From Owenia fusiformis (Eukaryota), in the NCBI GenBank assembly GCA_903813345.2, contig CAIIXF020000001.1, positions 32,922,001 to 32,986,000 on the forward strand: a DNA stretch of 64,000 nt. The letters run 5' to 3'. Shown in pieces: positions 12,420 to 25,411 of the stretch (the stretch's first letter is position 1; the number at the start of each line of letters is the position of its first letter). The notes beneath the pieces were generated by a model. That model was not told the origin of the DNA. It was given only the letters and a program-made list of their open reading frames with translations, and made no database searches. The translations under genes and the position numbers were made by a program.

Positions 12420-12783
12420 TTAAGTTATTTATGTTCAACATCATAATACAGAAAACTCCCCTATGACCACAGCCATTTTTTAAAATGGCCGCCTACTACG
12501 CAAAGTGTCATGAGACAGTGTGCAAGGCTCATGAGTATTCACATATCAAATATGAGCAAAATCGCTCCACTTCTTTTGAAGTTATAGTGACGTAAAAATG
12601 GTGGCCATTTTTCAAAATTGCCAACTACTACCCAAAGTGTCATTAGACAGTGTGCCATGCTTATAGTATTCACATATAAAATATGAACAAAATCGCTCTA
12701 CTACTTTTTGAAATGTAAAATAGCACACATAAAAATGGCTGCCTGCTACCCAAAATGTCATTCGACATTGTGCCATGCTTTAA

Positions 12784-14052
12784 AGGGACCCACTACCATG
12801 GTCACATGATCAGTCGTGTGGAGGTAAGCTCCCAGTTGAAATAAAAGCATTGTCCTCCTTTGGTTTCTGTGAAAAGTAGCTAATACCCTCATGTATTGGT
12901 CAGTTTGTGTGTCACAAGACTAATCCATACCATATGCTTCATTCAACATATTTTATGCTATTGAGCTGCATATATAAACAGTACTTTGCAACTAAGGTCA
13001 TACAGTATACTTACCCCTTGCAAATTGTAATTTATTGAATTCACAGTAAACCTATCAATTTTTAAGAAAACAAAGAATATTGTTCTCATGGATCTATTAT
13101 TTATGTTAGACTAACTATGAAAATATAAATATGAAATAATATGTTAGCTTGAAGTCATATACGACGTATAAGATGAAAATATATGTTCATGCATTTGCAT
13201 TTTTCCAAAGGGAATATTCCCATGTGAGTAAATACAGGTGCAATATATGATTTATATGTATATCTATGTCATCTGTCTATACATGCGCGTATAGCCTAGT
13301 GTTACATGTGAACAAGATGGTTCTGGAAAGAAATGAGCGTGGCAGATTTGCTAAAAAGCCACATACACCACAAAAGCAAGACCAATTTGAAAGTAAGTTC
13401 ATTATTCTCAAGGGTACACTTCAAGTGAAAGCTACATTGCTACAGGGTGGCCTATCATTCTGAGACAAATGTATTATCCAACAATTGTGATTTTCGAAGC
13501 TAAAATATGATATCTTGAGAAGATGGAAATACATTCCCATGAGATATGTATATATAGTCAAAAGTGATAACTATTTATTGAGTGTAATGAAATGTATCCT
13601 TCGCTAACTGCTTTTGTTTGAGATAATTATCATGAAATATTTTTAAATTAATTTTTATGTGTGTCATTGATCCTAATCCACCCTGTAGTCTGGTGTTTGT
13701 AGAGCATTGCGACTCGTACAACTTATTCTCACAAATATCAAACCTCATTTACTAATTAATTTTTTGTGTGAATATGAAGAGTCCAAGCATTGCTTTTTTA
13801 TGTTTATTGTATAGCTATATTTAGCCTTGATATCCATGATTTTTTAAAACAAAATCTCACCGTTAGATTTCGAGCTATTCATGTTTACTTATTTTTCTAA
13901 TTGGAAAACAATGCAAATCTCATTTTTTCAAAAGAAAAAAATTGAAATTCTAAGACGGTGAAAAATAATTAAAAAATACACAGATTCAGAATCCGGCAAG
14001 CATTTTCCCTTATTCCTCTCCGTTAAGAAGTTTTGTAAGGTGTTGGGTCCCT
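12784..14052. mobile_element. Kolobok-like non-autonomous element with TTAA TSD
   Basis: TTAA|AGGGACCCACTACC...GGTGTTGGGTCCCT|TTAA; interrupts a HINE satellite unit at GCCATGCTT-TAA-ATATTC. Confidence 0.75.
13443..13685. mobile_element. Tc1/mariner-type MITE
   Basis: TA|CAGGGTGG...CCACCCTG|TA; the TIR is short. Confidence 0.5.
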
Positions 14053-14112
14053 TTAAATATTCCCTTACCAAATATGAAAAAATCGCTCCACCACTTTTTG
14101 AGTTACAGTATA

Positions 14113-16300
14113 CAATTCGTCGCATGAGAATAACTTTGTACTATCTCACATTTTTACGGAACTGAGAAATCAAGGTTTGAAAGTTTAGAGGTCTGTATCT
14201 TACTTAGTATTGCTATGTGAAACTTGATTTTTTGTATGTCACCTGATCTCACCCTAGAGATATCTTACATGAAATATCATACCTTGAAACAATTTACAAG
14301 ATCCTTTTTTAAAACTATGGAAATGGAGTTGATACAATTTCCCACCGGAATAACAGCTTATTTCTAATTTCAAATTGTCATATCTGATATCAACTGTTTC
14401 AACCAATCAACTCTCTAAGAATTGGTCATGTGACTTGCAAAACTTGGAGTTATAACAATCTTATATTAAAACGAAGTATGCCAATATGCATGTTATTGTA
14501 TCTAGAATGAAAAATAATGTTTTGGTTTGTAAAAAAGTCTTCAAAAACCAAAGAATATTATTTAATAAAATAAAGAAAATTCAATTTATAAAACTTTAAA
14601 ATCAATTTCTCAAATAAGTACAATTATTTCTTAATTTTGGAATCTCAGGACACCCTTCAAAAAGAATTTATTGCCTTTGAAACTAAGGCAGAAGTACAAT
14701 GCATTGAAACCAATGATGCCAATACGGTCCCCCACATATTTCTCTCGGTATAAACCCTGTAGCCTAAACCTCCCAGCACATTACAATGTAGCCCCTAAGG
14801 GCCGGTCCGCTGGTCATTATCAGGTTATTTTTGATACAGACCAGTTGATTTTTTCACTGGGTATAGGAGAATAACATTGCAACTGGTCCGTAATTCCATT
14901 TTGACCAGCAGGTTTCAGATCCTTAGGGCCTAAGACATAACCAATTTTTATTACATGCACATGGAAGAAATTTGAAAATAGAAAAATAAATTCTAATTCA
15001 TTTTAGATTAATGAAAGTGATGAAACCTCGATTTAGGTAATCACATTTTGTTCATTGGGATGCAGCTATCATTATCCATTCATTTTCTGTTGGTTTCTAC
15101 TCTGTGGAGTACAATTGGGAATTGAAGCAATTGTAGAAGTGGAGACTTAGAGTGGCTCTTTGTAGATGTAGATGATCTAAAAACAATGATCCCAAAAATG
15201 CAAAAGAAAGGACAAATCTGAAAACATACTAGTAATAAAATAACTAAAAAGATCCCAGATGTTCAGTGAAAAGCGCAAAGTAAATCATAGATGAAGAGAA
15301 AATAAAATAAGTGTTTTAAGGGACTATACTAACATAAAGATAACTCCTTATTGATATAGTGTATGGTCAGTAAAAGTTAAAGCTAGTTTAAATAGATTTA
15401 GCTTTTTTCCACAAACTATAAAACATCATTTTGAAAGAGATTTCAATAGTATACAGACAGTGATTGCCTTTGAGCAATGTAGTGCAAAATATGAGTTACT
15501 ATTTGTTTTGATTACTATATCTAGTATATAACCTATTATTATGTACTCTGTTTGAAGAAACAAATATAGTAGTCTTTCATTTTCAACATTTAATGATGAC
15601 AGCTTCGTATATGCATTTCTATTGCATTTGGCCATTCAAACCCCTGTAAGACCTGGTAACAGGGAAGATAAACGGTACTTTTGACTGCTCACATGATCTA
15701 ATTAACTGGTCATTTGTACTTTTCATCTTCCCTGGTAGCGAGGATTTAGGTTTTCGAGGAAATTAGTAATTCTATTTCATATCATGTGGCCATGAATAAT
15801 CCAATGAGCATCCATAATACAAAGAGTAATTGAGGGCATATGATTTGAATATGCATGGGATTACACATACTGTATCATTTTATTTTTTTGATCTACTTGT
15901 AATAGTTCTAAAACTAAAACATGAAAGGCCAGGCATGCAAACTGGCATGGTATTGTGTTACAAAACATTATTTCATTCTAGATACAATAACATGCATATT
16001 GGCATACTTCGTTTTAATATAAGATTGTTATAACTCCAAGTTTTGTAAGTCACATGACCAATTCTTAGACAGTTGATTGGTTGAAACAGTTGATATCAGA
16101 TATGACAATTTGAAATTAGAAATAAGCTGTTTATCTGGAGATGGTACAATTTCACACTGAATTCTAGCTTAATGAGAGGGAATTGAGATGGGGCATGTAT
16201 CTGAGATGAAAGCCTGTGTTTCAAATAGTAAAATTCCATGTCTATCTCAATTTTTTTGAAAATGGCAGTTAGTACAAAGTTATTCTCACGCGACGAATTG
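14113..16300. mobile_element. TIR element with 31-bp TIR CAATTCGTCGCRTGAGAATAACTTTGTACTA, probably Tc1/mariner-type
   Basis: TIRs match with one mismatch; flanked by TA on the left and TT on the right. Confidence 0.7.
14352..16131. mobile_element. Foldback element with ~170-bp TIRs (AACAGCTTATTTCTAATTTC...)
   Basis: 14352-14524 is a near-perfect reverse complement of 15961-16131. Confidence 0.85.
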
Positions 16301-17229
16301 TTGGCCATTTTGAAAATCGGTTTTCGAGCAGAACTTCTACCCCCATTGGGAATATGTGTACAAAATATGAACAAAATCAGGACAACGGTATTTGAGTTAT
16401 TGCCCGGATGGACTGAGGTGTTCCCTATATCCCTCCGAACTTCGTTTGATGGGATAAAAATTGAAGAAATTGTTCATCAACAACACTAACAATTCTGCAA
16501 TTAGTATCTTGAATTGGGTTGGATGGGAGGATGTCTGGGACACTTGAAAAACCGCCAAATTAAATAGATGCCAATAGGCCCAAAAACAGAATGATAATGT
16601 ATGCTGTTATTTTTATTTGTAATTTTATTTATTTTGCAATAACTAGGCATATTTTTTATTACATTCACACTGTAGCCTACATTCATGAAATAGGAAATAT
16701 TAACTGTACATACAACATATAACCGTGTATTCCATACCTGATAAGGTTCTACATGTTCTATGTATAACATATGGGAATATGTATTGTATCTAGGGGTGCA
16801 GGATGGACATCTCCAGGACATATTTTAAAGAATTTAATTCTTTCCACGAACCATATTAGGTAGAAAATATTAGAAGAAATAAGTGCATCAGTTGGTTGAT
16901 TGTGATACATGGAAGAAATGTTTCTAAAACCTGCTAGTACTAAATAACATACACACAACCCTCAAATTCTTTACATAATAATCTATAAAATCATTTTTCA
17001 TACAGGTAGTTAACAATACATGATTGTACAATGAAATAAATCCCTAACTGTCTTTGGTATTCGTGTCTTGATACAAGTAAGCACACTAGAAACATGAGAA
17101 ACACATATATTTTTCCAAAAAGCTGTCTGATGCTAGAGATTATATGGTATATTGTACATTTCATATATATTTTTGCCAAAATCTTTAAGAGTAAAAACTT
17201 CGGTTAGAAATGAAAAAATAAGATTTTTG

Positions 17230-17621
17230 AGAAAAATTCCATAATGGGCAACCATTTTAGATTTTACAAGGCATGAAAATGATACAATAATTGCAATATA
17301 CTCTAAAATTCCTTTCATTTGAGTGCAATAAAGTTATAATAATAAATTTTTGTTTTCTGAACTCCCCATACATGGGCCCTGGGGGTTGGGCTAAAAAACG
17401 TATATTTATTCAGAGGCCCGAATCAGAAAAATGATACAATATTTGCAATCTACTCTAAATTGCCTTTTAGTATGATAAAGCTTTACTTCAGAACGATCTC
17501 AAAATTAACGAAAAGTCATGTTTTCCTGATCCCCTATAGACGGCCCCGGCCCTGAAGACAGTCAGACTGACTGACGGATGGAGGCCTTCACTATCCTCTC
17601 GAACTTTGTTCGTTGGGATAA
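17230..17621 (-). mobile_element. Partial HINE (satellite type c)
   Basis: Units shared with 34600-34860 and 39320-39600; GACT/GACG microsatellite and CGAACTTTGTTCGTTGGGATAA terminus. Confidence 0.65.
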
Positions 17622-17622
17622 T

Positions 17623-17751
17623 TACTGTACATAAGGTAAGTTACTTTAAATAAAGCTTGGGGAATCAGAAAAACGAAATTTAACTTGTGAAATTTAATAG
17701 CTGCAAACATGTGATTTCTCAAAATTCACGAAATTTACTGGGAGTACAGTA
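17623..17751. mobile_element. Small TACTGTA...TACAGTA MITE
   Basis: Short TA-flanked TIR with repeated internal GAAATTTA motifs. Confidence 0.45.
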
Positions 17752-18471
17752 TCCAGAAGTGCCAAGTTGCTACTCCTGCAAATTGAACCTTTGACGAAAC
17801 TCACAGTTAGAGTTCATCCACAGTGTTTTATAACTATATAAATTTTTGATAGTTTTTATTTTCCTTTGACATAACAATTTTGGGTTCCATGGCAAATACA
17901 TTTTTGTAAATATGTACATCATCAAAATGAAATCACATATATATACACCAGAAAATAATTTTTTAATTAACAATACACACATTTCAGCTGAGAAGTTGTC
18001 ACTACTGCAAAAAACCCTGCGATATAATTAAATAAGAGTTCAATATAATAACCGAGTATACTTATGTATGTCAATTCTTATGTATGCCAATTCTATTAGC
18101 TAGAGGGAATTAATAGAACTACGTGTATACAATTTACTTGACATTCTCCAGAATAATTTCATTGGCATCAAATTCGAATATTTGCTCTCACAGAGTGCAA
18201 ACCTTTGTTTCACCCCCTTTATTTCATCTTAAATCTGCACATCGCCTCAAAATGCAAAATGTGCACTTATATTATTTTTACATTTCCATACAGCCAACAA
18301 AACATCCACAGTGTTTTATGACTATATTAATCCACAGTGTTTTATAACTATATTAATTTTTGATAATAAAATAATAACACACTGAAAATTTTGATAATTT
18401 TATCTATCTTTTGACATAACAATTGTGGGTTCCATGGAAAATACATTTTTGTAAATATGTACATCAAAATA

Positions 18472-19298
18472 AACTAGAAAAAAACAGCAACTCCACGGAG
18501 TAGCAAATCCCACCGAACAAAACATATTATGCTTATTATAGCTAGTGTAAATGTTAAAAAGTTTGTGCACTTTGTGATAGAAGCATGAAATTTGGCACAA
18601 AGTTAGTTTATACCATTGTGAACTAGGCATCATCATATAAAATTTGAACCAAATCCGTTCACTGGAATATGAGTTATCAAAGATTACGTTTTTTACGAAA
18701 ATTGGCCGCCATCTTGAAAATTATTTCTTGAACAGAGCGACTGTGTCCCTAGGCATAATCATATAGAATTTCAACCAAATCTGTTCACTGGTATTTGAGT
18801 TATCAAAGATTACATTTTTTACGAAAAACTGCCGCCATTTTGAAATTAAGCGGCCATCTTGTAAAAGTTTTGTCGAACATAGCTACTGTGTCCCTAAGCA
18901 TCATCATATAAAATTTGAACCAAATCCGTTCACTGGTATTTGAGTTATCAAAGATTACATATTTTTACGTAAAATGGCCATTTTGAAATTAAGCGGCCAT
19001 CTTGAAAATCTCTTTTTGTGCAAAACTCCTTTGTCCCTAGGCATCAGCATATAAAATTTGAACCAAATCCGTCAACTTGTATTTGAGTTATCAACGATTA
19101 CATTTTTTACGAAAAATGGCGGCCATTTTGAATTGAGTGGCCATATTGAAAATTCCTTCTTGATCAGAGGTCCTGCACTCATAAGGCATAAGCCTATAAA
19201 ATTTAAACCAAATCCGTCAACCGGTATTGGAGTTATCACCCGGACGGACGGACGGACGGCTTCTCTATATCCCCCTCGAACTTTGTTCGGTGGGATAA
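18472..19298 (-). mobile_element. Complete HINE family B (satellite type b)
   Basis: subTIRs ATCCCACCGAAC / GTTCGGTGGGAT, stem-loop GCAACTCC-AC-GGAGTAGC, CTAG-TT end on the minus strand, (GGAC)n and about four ~140-bp units. Confidence 0.8.
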
Positions 19299-19812
19299 AA
19301 ATCACATATACAGCAGAAAATAACTTTTTTCATACAGCAACAAAATATTAGCGAACCCCCAATGTCGTGATTAAAGGCAGAGGGCTATTGAAATCGATAT
19401 TTGATCTTATCAAAATGAAATCTCACATAGTAGAGATACTGAGATAGAGATACATGTAATGCATGATTGTAAAAAATAAAATCATTAATAATAATAATTG
19501 ATAACGTCGAAATAAGCCGATGAACTTCATTCTCCAAACCGAATCGAAGGAACAATTGTCATAATGACACATTTATCGTGAGTATTTGTGCACAAGCCAA
19601 TTGTTCACAATCGTATATGTTTTCATTATAGCTCAAAATCTTTCAGTTGACGCCGGAACAACCGAAGATTGCATTCTAGGGTAATGTGCAGGTTTAAAAG
19701 CACAGATCCAAAAGTCTCTGTTGAAATGACACTAGTCTTGTTGACACCTTCCTTGGCAATAATTTTGTATTGCGAGACATTGTCCTTTTCTACAGAGTGG
19801 TATAATAAGTGA

Positions 19813-20056
19813 TTAATGTGGTACTGTGAGCCTAAGGCCAGCCATCATAGCTGCTGCTATGCCCCCCGATATGGGTAAAGTCACCACCCAAGCGATGATA
19901 ATGTTCCTAAATAGCAACCAATCGACATTCTCCTTGGATCTGAATCGGCCCACGAACACAATTGAGCCAACCTTGCAATGAGTTGTACTGATGGGTATGC
20001 CAATGTTAGAAGCAATCAGTACAGTTAAAGCTGAGCCAATTTCTATGCAAAATCCA
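19813..20056 (-). CDS. SLC20A: SLC20/PiT sodium-dependent phosphate transporter, last coding exon
   Basis: [31 protein letters not shown]...[18 protein letters not shown] is the PHO4-family C-terminal signature; TTTTGCAG acceptor, TAA stop. Confidence 0.97.
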
Positions 20057-20659
20057 CTGCAAAACATAAGATTACATTTTAAACAATTTCTATTTGGGTA
20101 AATGAATAGGAAACTTTGGCAACTTAATGATATTTATGGAAATTCGCTTATATTTCAAAACTGGTGCAAAATTTAAAAAGATAATCAATTACTTATTCAC
20201 TAGGGGTCCCTCATTTTTGATTGAAAGTCAGGATATACATTCTCAAAAAGTTTTATACAAACAGTGTATGATAGGGATCAATTGCAATATGATACGGCAA
20301 TTGAGCCCATCATCTCCACTTGTGTATCGATATTTGAGACTTCGTATCGATACGTTTGTATCGTCACCAAACGAGCCGATGCATCGATGAATCGCGGGAC
20401 CCCTATTACCTATTATACACTGTTTGTATAAAACTTTTTGAGAATGTATATCCTGACTTTCAATCAAAAATGTTGATTTGGAATCACAAACTTCGTAAAC
20501 TTGGATAAAACTTCGTGACCCACTTTGATGGCACTGACCATCCTTGAACATTTTACTACATAATCAATTGCTAATATGTGTAGAACCTTTCAAGAATGTA
20601 TATTCAGATGTTCACTCAAAACTATTTATTTGCAGTCTAAAACTTTGAGAAACTGTATA

Positions 20660-21663
20660 CAGGGCATATCAAAAAAAATGCAACAAGTAGTTATCTCGTA
20701 AAATCACAAAACTAGTGATGACTACATCAAATTCATTCCGTGTACCATAAAGCCACGTCTCTCCTCTTTGCAATGATAGGTCATTCATTCACATGTGGTA
20801 ATGGTTGGGTGAAAAATCCTTCCATTAGCACAGTTGGTCAAAATCGGCTCTGGGCCAAGTTTTAGATATTGCAAAAATCAGTGCAAGGGCAAAGTGCCAA
20901 TGGAAGTTCCCCTGACTTGAATTGTTGTGACTTTTTCTTTTGGAGCTATCTCGGGAGCATCTGTGCTAACAATTCCTTCACCAGATCACCAGATATTGCA
21001 AAACCTCGAGAAAGAATTTCCCATTTTTCCATGGGCTGCTTTTCTCTGCTTAAACCCACAGATGACTCAGGGCTGAACCATACATGATGTGGACAGATGA
21101 GCGCATCTTTATGTGCAAGGAAGTGGTGGCAATTTGACAGGGTAAAGGATATATTCTTGCAAGAGTATGAGTATGAACACTTAACTGTCTATGCCACACC
21201 TGTCACACCTTCTTCCAATAGCCCCTATGCCCCTTGTAATGACTTTTGCAATGTTTAAAACTTGGGTCCGAGCTGAATTTTGCCCCATTTTGCAAAATTA
21301 ATGATTATTCGGCCAGCCATGACTCAATGTGAATGAATGATATTCCATTGCAAAGAGGAGTAATTTGGCTTTTTGGTACATTGAATGAAAAGGATGCAGT
21401 CATCATTGGTTTCATGTTTTCTTCCAATATTGCACCGGGCTCCTTACACTGACTTTTGCGATGTTTATAACTTGGCCCCAAGATAATTTTGGCCCACTTT
21501 GCAAATGGAATGATTACTCGCCAAACCATGACCAAATATCAATGAATGATATCATTGTAAAGAGGAGACACATGGCTTTATGGTGCATTGAATGAAATGC
21601 TGTTATCACTGATTTTGTGCTTTTCCAAGATAAAAATCTGTTGCGTTTTTTTGAAACGCACTG
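20660..21663 (+). mobile_element. Decayed mariner-type transposon with transposase remnant
   Basis: TA|CAGGGCATATCAAAAAAAATGCAAC...GTTGCGTTTTTTTGAAACGCACTG|TA; SPDLNCCDFFFWSYL at ~20907-20951 resembles the mariner SPDLxPxDFFLWGxL motif. Confidence 0.75.
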
Positions 21664-21889
21664 TATAGAGAACACCATTTGCCTTTTTGACATTCTGAAG
21701 GTCATCCAAGTCAAGTCAAAACTTGAAATAAACTCCTGGTATGTTTAAAAAGATTTTTTCAATTTGAAGCAAGTTAAATTTTGACCCCAAAATTTTGAAA
21801 TTTTATATCATTTTTTAATCCATCAACAAATATTTTGTCTGCAGGATTAACTGCAAGCATTATGTATAAGTAAGCCTACTCAAGTTAAT

Positions 21890-22330
21890 AAAGGACCCAC
21901 GGTCCTGTGCTCACACAGTTTGGAACCTTCAGAGGAATGTATATCCTAGATTTTCAAACAAAAATATTGATTAGGATTTGTAGTCTCGAACTTTGAGAAA
22001 CGTAGATAGCAGTTGTGTGACCTAGTTTGATGACCTTTGACCTTGAAAATTTAACTTATTCAGAGCTCAGTAAGGTCTTTTGTGATTAAGCTGACCAAAA
22101 TTTACATCCAAAAATCAATTTGAAAAATCAACTTTTTTGACCTTTCGAAGGTCACTGAAGGTCAAGTAAAGGTCAAATCCTAAAACTAATGTCAGATGGC
22201 AACTTGTAGATGATTTTCAAAAAAATTTGGTCAAATTGAAGCAAGTTGAAAAATAACTTATTTTTACTGTTTTTTGACGTCAAATATCTCAAAAACAGTA
22301 AAAATTTGATGCTGACATATATTGAGCATT
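21890..22330 (-). mobile_element. HINE-like family D fragment (AGGACC-CAC-GGTCCT stem-loop, TGACCTTTGACC motifs)
   Basis: ~190 bp nearly identical to 34862-35054; related sequence at ~20440-20655 and ~37300-37510. Confidence 0.6.
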
Positions 22331-24559
22331 ATGTAGAGACTGCTTAAATCTAGTAATGATGTAATTCATTGCAAGAAATGATCAAGTATAAGGCAAACTT
22401 TGAGAAACTTGTCAATCACAAAACCTGCCTAGATACGTCTAGCTAATTTGCATAATGTTGTTGCAGTCTGAATCCACTTTCTGGCTCTAAACTGCCTGTT
22501 TAAAAAATGGCATTTATTAGTCTATAACTCTGCTATTAGTTGACAGATTTCGAAATAAATAAGACCATGGTTATGCTCGGAACTAAAGCTTTCTGATGGT
22601 TCCACTTTGTAGTGACCAAATTGCGAGAAAACTGAGGAAATAGAAGGTAAAGGCGATTTCTCGAATTCCAAGTTTCACATAAGAAATCCTGCGTTCTGAT
22701 TGGTTGGCTTTCTAGCAGTCCCAATCCACTTTAGCTCTCCAAACTCGCCGTTTTAGAAATGACACTTTTCGGTCTTTTTCTCCGCCATTTCTCGGTCGAT
22801 TTCTAAAAGCATAATGTCATAGTGAAGCTGACAAAACCAGCTTCCCGATTGTATCACTTTTGAAGCGATCCATGTGCAATAGATAGGTGGAATTCGAGCG
22901 TGAAAAAGTTTCTCCATAATCGAAGATTCACTTGAGAAATACTGAGGAATCGGGCATTCTGATTGGTCAGTTTTCCTGCATTCTCAAGTCACTTTCCCGA
23001 CTCTAAACTGAGTTTCCAGAAATGGCACTTGCTACATACGTCTCTTGGTTTTGTTTCTGGGCGAATTGGTTGCTGGACGAAATTATCCAGGCAGCATTGT
23101 CCCTCTGAGAACAATGGTAATGCGAACGGTACTTAGTACTTTGAATGCGATCTAGTAATGTCTTAAAGCCGAGACTTTTATACCTAAAACGTCAGTGTAA
23201 AGGATGAATCAAACCCAAAATGCATGCAGGAAGACGATGTTATTTATAAAAACGATAAAATTAAAATGAAAACCTGTCTGGTTTCATGTTAATTTCGCCT
23301 CTGGAATGTCTGAAGAGCACCTTAACCCCCAAAGTACGTTTTTGTCTTTTGCCTAAAATAAGTGAAACTTTGAGAACCCACGGGAGTAATTGCACACGGC
23401 AGAATTTAAATGCACGCGAGGAAAACTTTATTTTATATATGTTCTTCTAATATCAATAAAAAAATTCATGCCATCTCTTTATTTAATATTGCCGAAATTA
23501 AGTACAAGGAGGGTCTGTTGCAATTTCACAATTTCAGGTTGTAATCGGCCCTTGTGCACTGGAGTAGAAATAAACGATATCTAGGATAAAATATTTCATG
23601 TCATTAAATTTGAACCCCCTATTTATGGAAAATACTTTAAAATTGTACCTACTATGGATGTTATATGATTTAATATGAATTTGAAGTCCGGAATTGTTTA
23701 GATTTTTAAAAGATAACCGTTATTACAAATAATGACGTTCTATACGGCAATTGCCGTATCGCCGTTCAAATGCAGTATGATACGGCAATCGAGCCCATCG
23801 TCTCCACTGACATTAGCTTTCAGACCTTTGTGATTGCTATTTGGATGTGTTTGTTTTTCCTGATTTACTCAAAATCGTGCAAGCAAGGGGACGCAAAACA
23901 AAGAATCTACTTCTTATGGCCTAACTTGGAATCCCAAACACCCGGATGTATTATGTACAAATTGTTCGCGGTAACGGATCTCTGTGCGAGGTACAAGAAA
24001 TACGTTCGGAAACAAGGAAATGGTGGTGCGCGACATAAGATTTCACGTTCGCGATATGAGATTCGTGGTTCGAGTGCCAGGAACGTAGTTCGCGGTATCA
24101 GAACTGATGTTCGCGTTGTTGGAAGTCTAGGAGGGCTGATTATGTTTCTTTTATATATCACCGTTTGCATTCGTTGAAATCGGCCTGCATTGATTTCAAG
24201 AGGTGGTCGGTGTACAAGGTCATATGTTTGAGTTATTGGTTTAATGATAAATGTGACCCTTGAATGCGTTATACTTTATGTATGCGTGAAACAAATACTC
24301 CAATGGCCTAATCTCAATTTGCCTACAAACAATATAACATTGAAATGATGGTCATCTGCATATTAACTTCCGCACCACACGTCTAACTTCAACACAATTC
24401 AGTAAAGTATCCAGTATCGCTATAATCGCTACATGCCAGTGACTGTTTGTATTATGGTTTTTCAATAGGCTAACTCAGTCAGTGAATGCAGGATTAAAAC
24501 ACAACACGCATGAGTAATTCACCCACCTATGCATGTTATTATTGAAAAACATTGCATTG

Positions 24560-25010
24560 ACGAATGTATTTTGAAAAAGCTTGTTGATGGGTGGATTAAA
24601 CATGGATTATAAGATAATCCAATTGATCTGGAAACTATTCTTTGAACTTTTCTTGAAGATTATAGATTCGCCTTTCACAAGCATTCACTTTTTACAGCAA
24701 GAAACTACTCACAAAAAAATTATCAACTGTGAAAAGTCTGTTGCGATACTTTCCCTGCTCCTTTAGAAATTTCTTCCACCATATCCAAAAATATGTCTTC
24801 AATTTTGGGCCAAAATGTTGATGAATAATTTTGATGGATATTGGTTTGTCAATAAAAGCTTTTTCCTCATCTGTTAATATATAATCCAGTTTAGTGTTTT
24901 CTATGTATTCACTAACATTGTTTTCAGGGATATCATCTGATTTATAGAGTTTTTCATAGAAATTAGCAGCTTCCTCTAAAATATATTTTATTTTATGGTC
25001 AGTTGATAAC
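24560..25010 (-). mobile_element. L1/Tx1-type non-LTR retrotransposon ORF2 fragment
   Basis: ILEEAANFYEKLYKSDDIPENNVSEYIEN...LTDEEKAFIDKPISI resembles the IL-x-E-xxx-FY-xx-LY linker that precedes the RT in L1/Tx1; disrupted downstream. Confidence 0.65.
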
Positions 25011-25225
25011 AATATGACCCATGTATATTTCTCAACTTGTACACCTGAAAACATTGGCAGGTTTTACCAATCATTAAAGAACATTCTTCCAATCCTCCTC
25101 ATATACATTGATTTTATATTTATGATCTTAATGCTTTACTTCCCTAATACTCAAAGATGTCTCCAATCCAATATATTAATTAACCATTTAGACCACAATA
25201 GTGTGCTACAAAACAGCAATCTAAC

Positions 25226-25411
25226 CTTGATGGTGTGACTTTAGTGAGATCCTCTCCGATAGTTTTAATGACACGTCTCCCCATGATCCAGAGCCCAACT
25301 GATATACCAACGCCTCCATATAACAAGATCCAGATAGGCGTCTGGGCCTTTTGACCAACATCACCAGTTGTTGCAATCACCCATAGACCAACAAGAGGAC
25401 CAATGGCATTA
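25226..25411 (-). CDS. SLC20A: SLC20 exon ([61 protein letters not shown])
   Basis: TTCCAG/GTTAG boundaries, 186 nt, phase 2-2, conserved PiT motif. Confidence 0.97.

Larger units (their letters stand above)
12470..16457 (-). mobile_element. HINE family B copy broken up by nested insertions
   Basis: Satellite units at 12470-12780 and 14057-14110; terminal ...ATCCCTCCGAACTTCGTTTGATGGGATAA at ~16428-16457. Confidence 0.65.

Noticed and set aside
23770..24177. 135-aa ORF or mini CRISPR-like array
   Set aside because: The ORF runs through a ~21-bp periodic repeat with no recognisable domain; the conserved core is only 5 nt.
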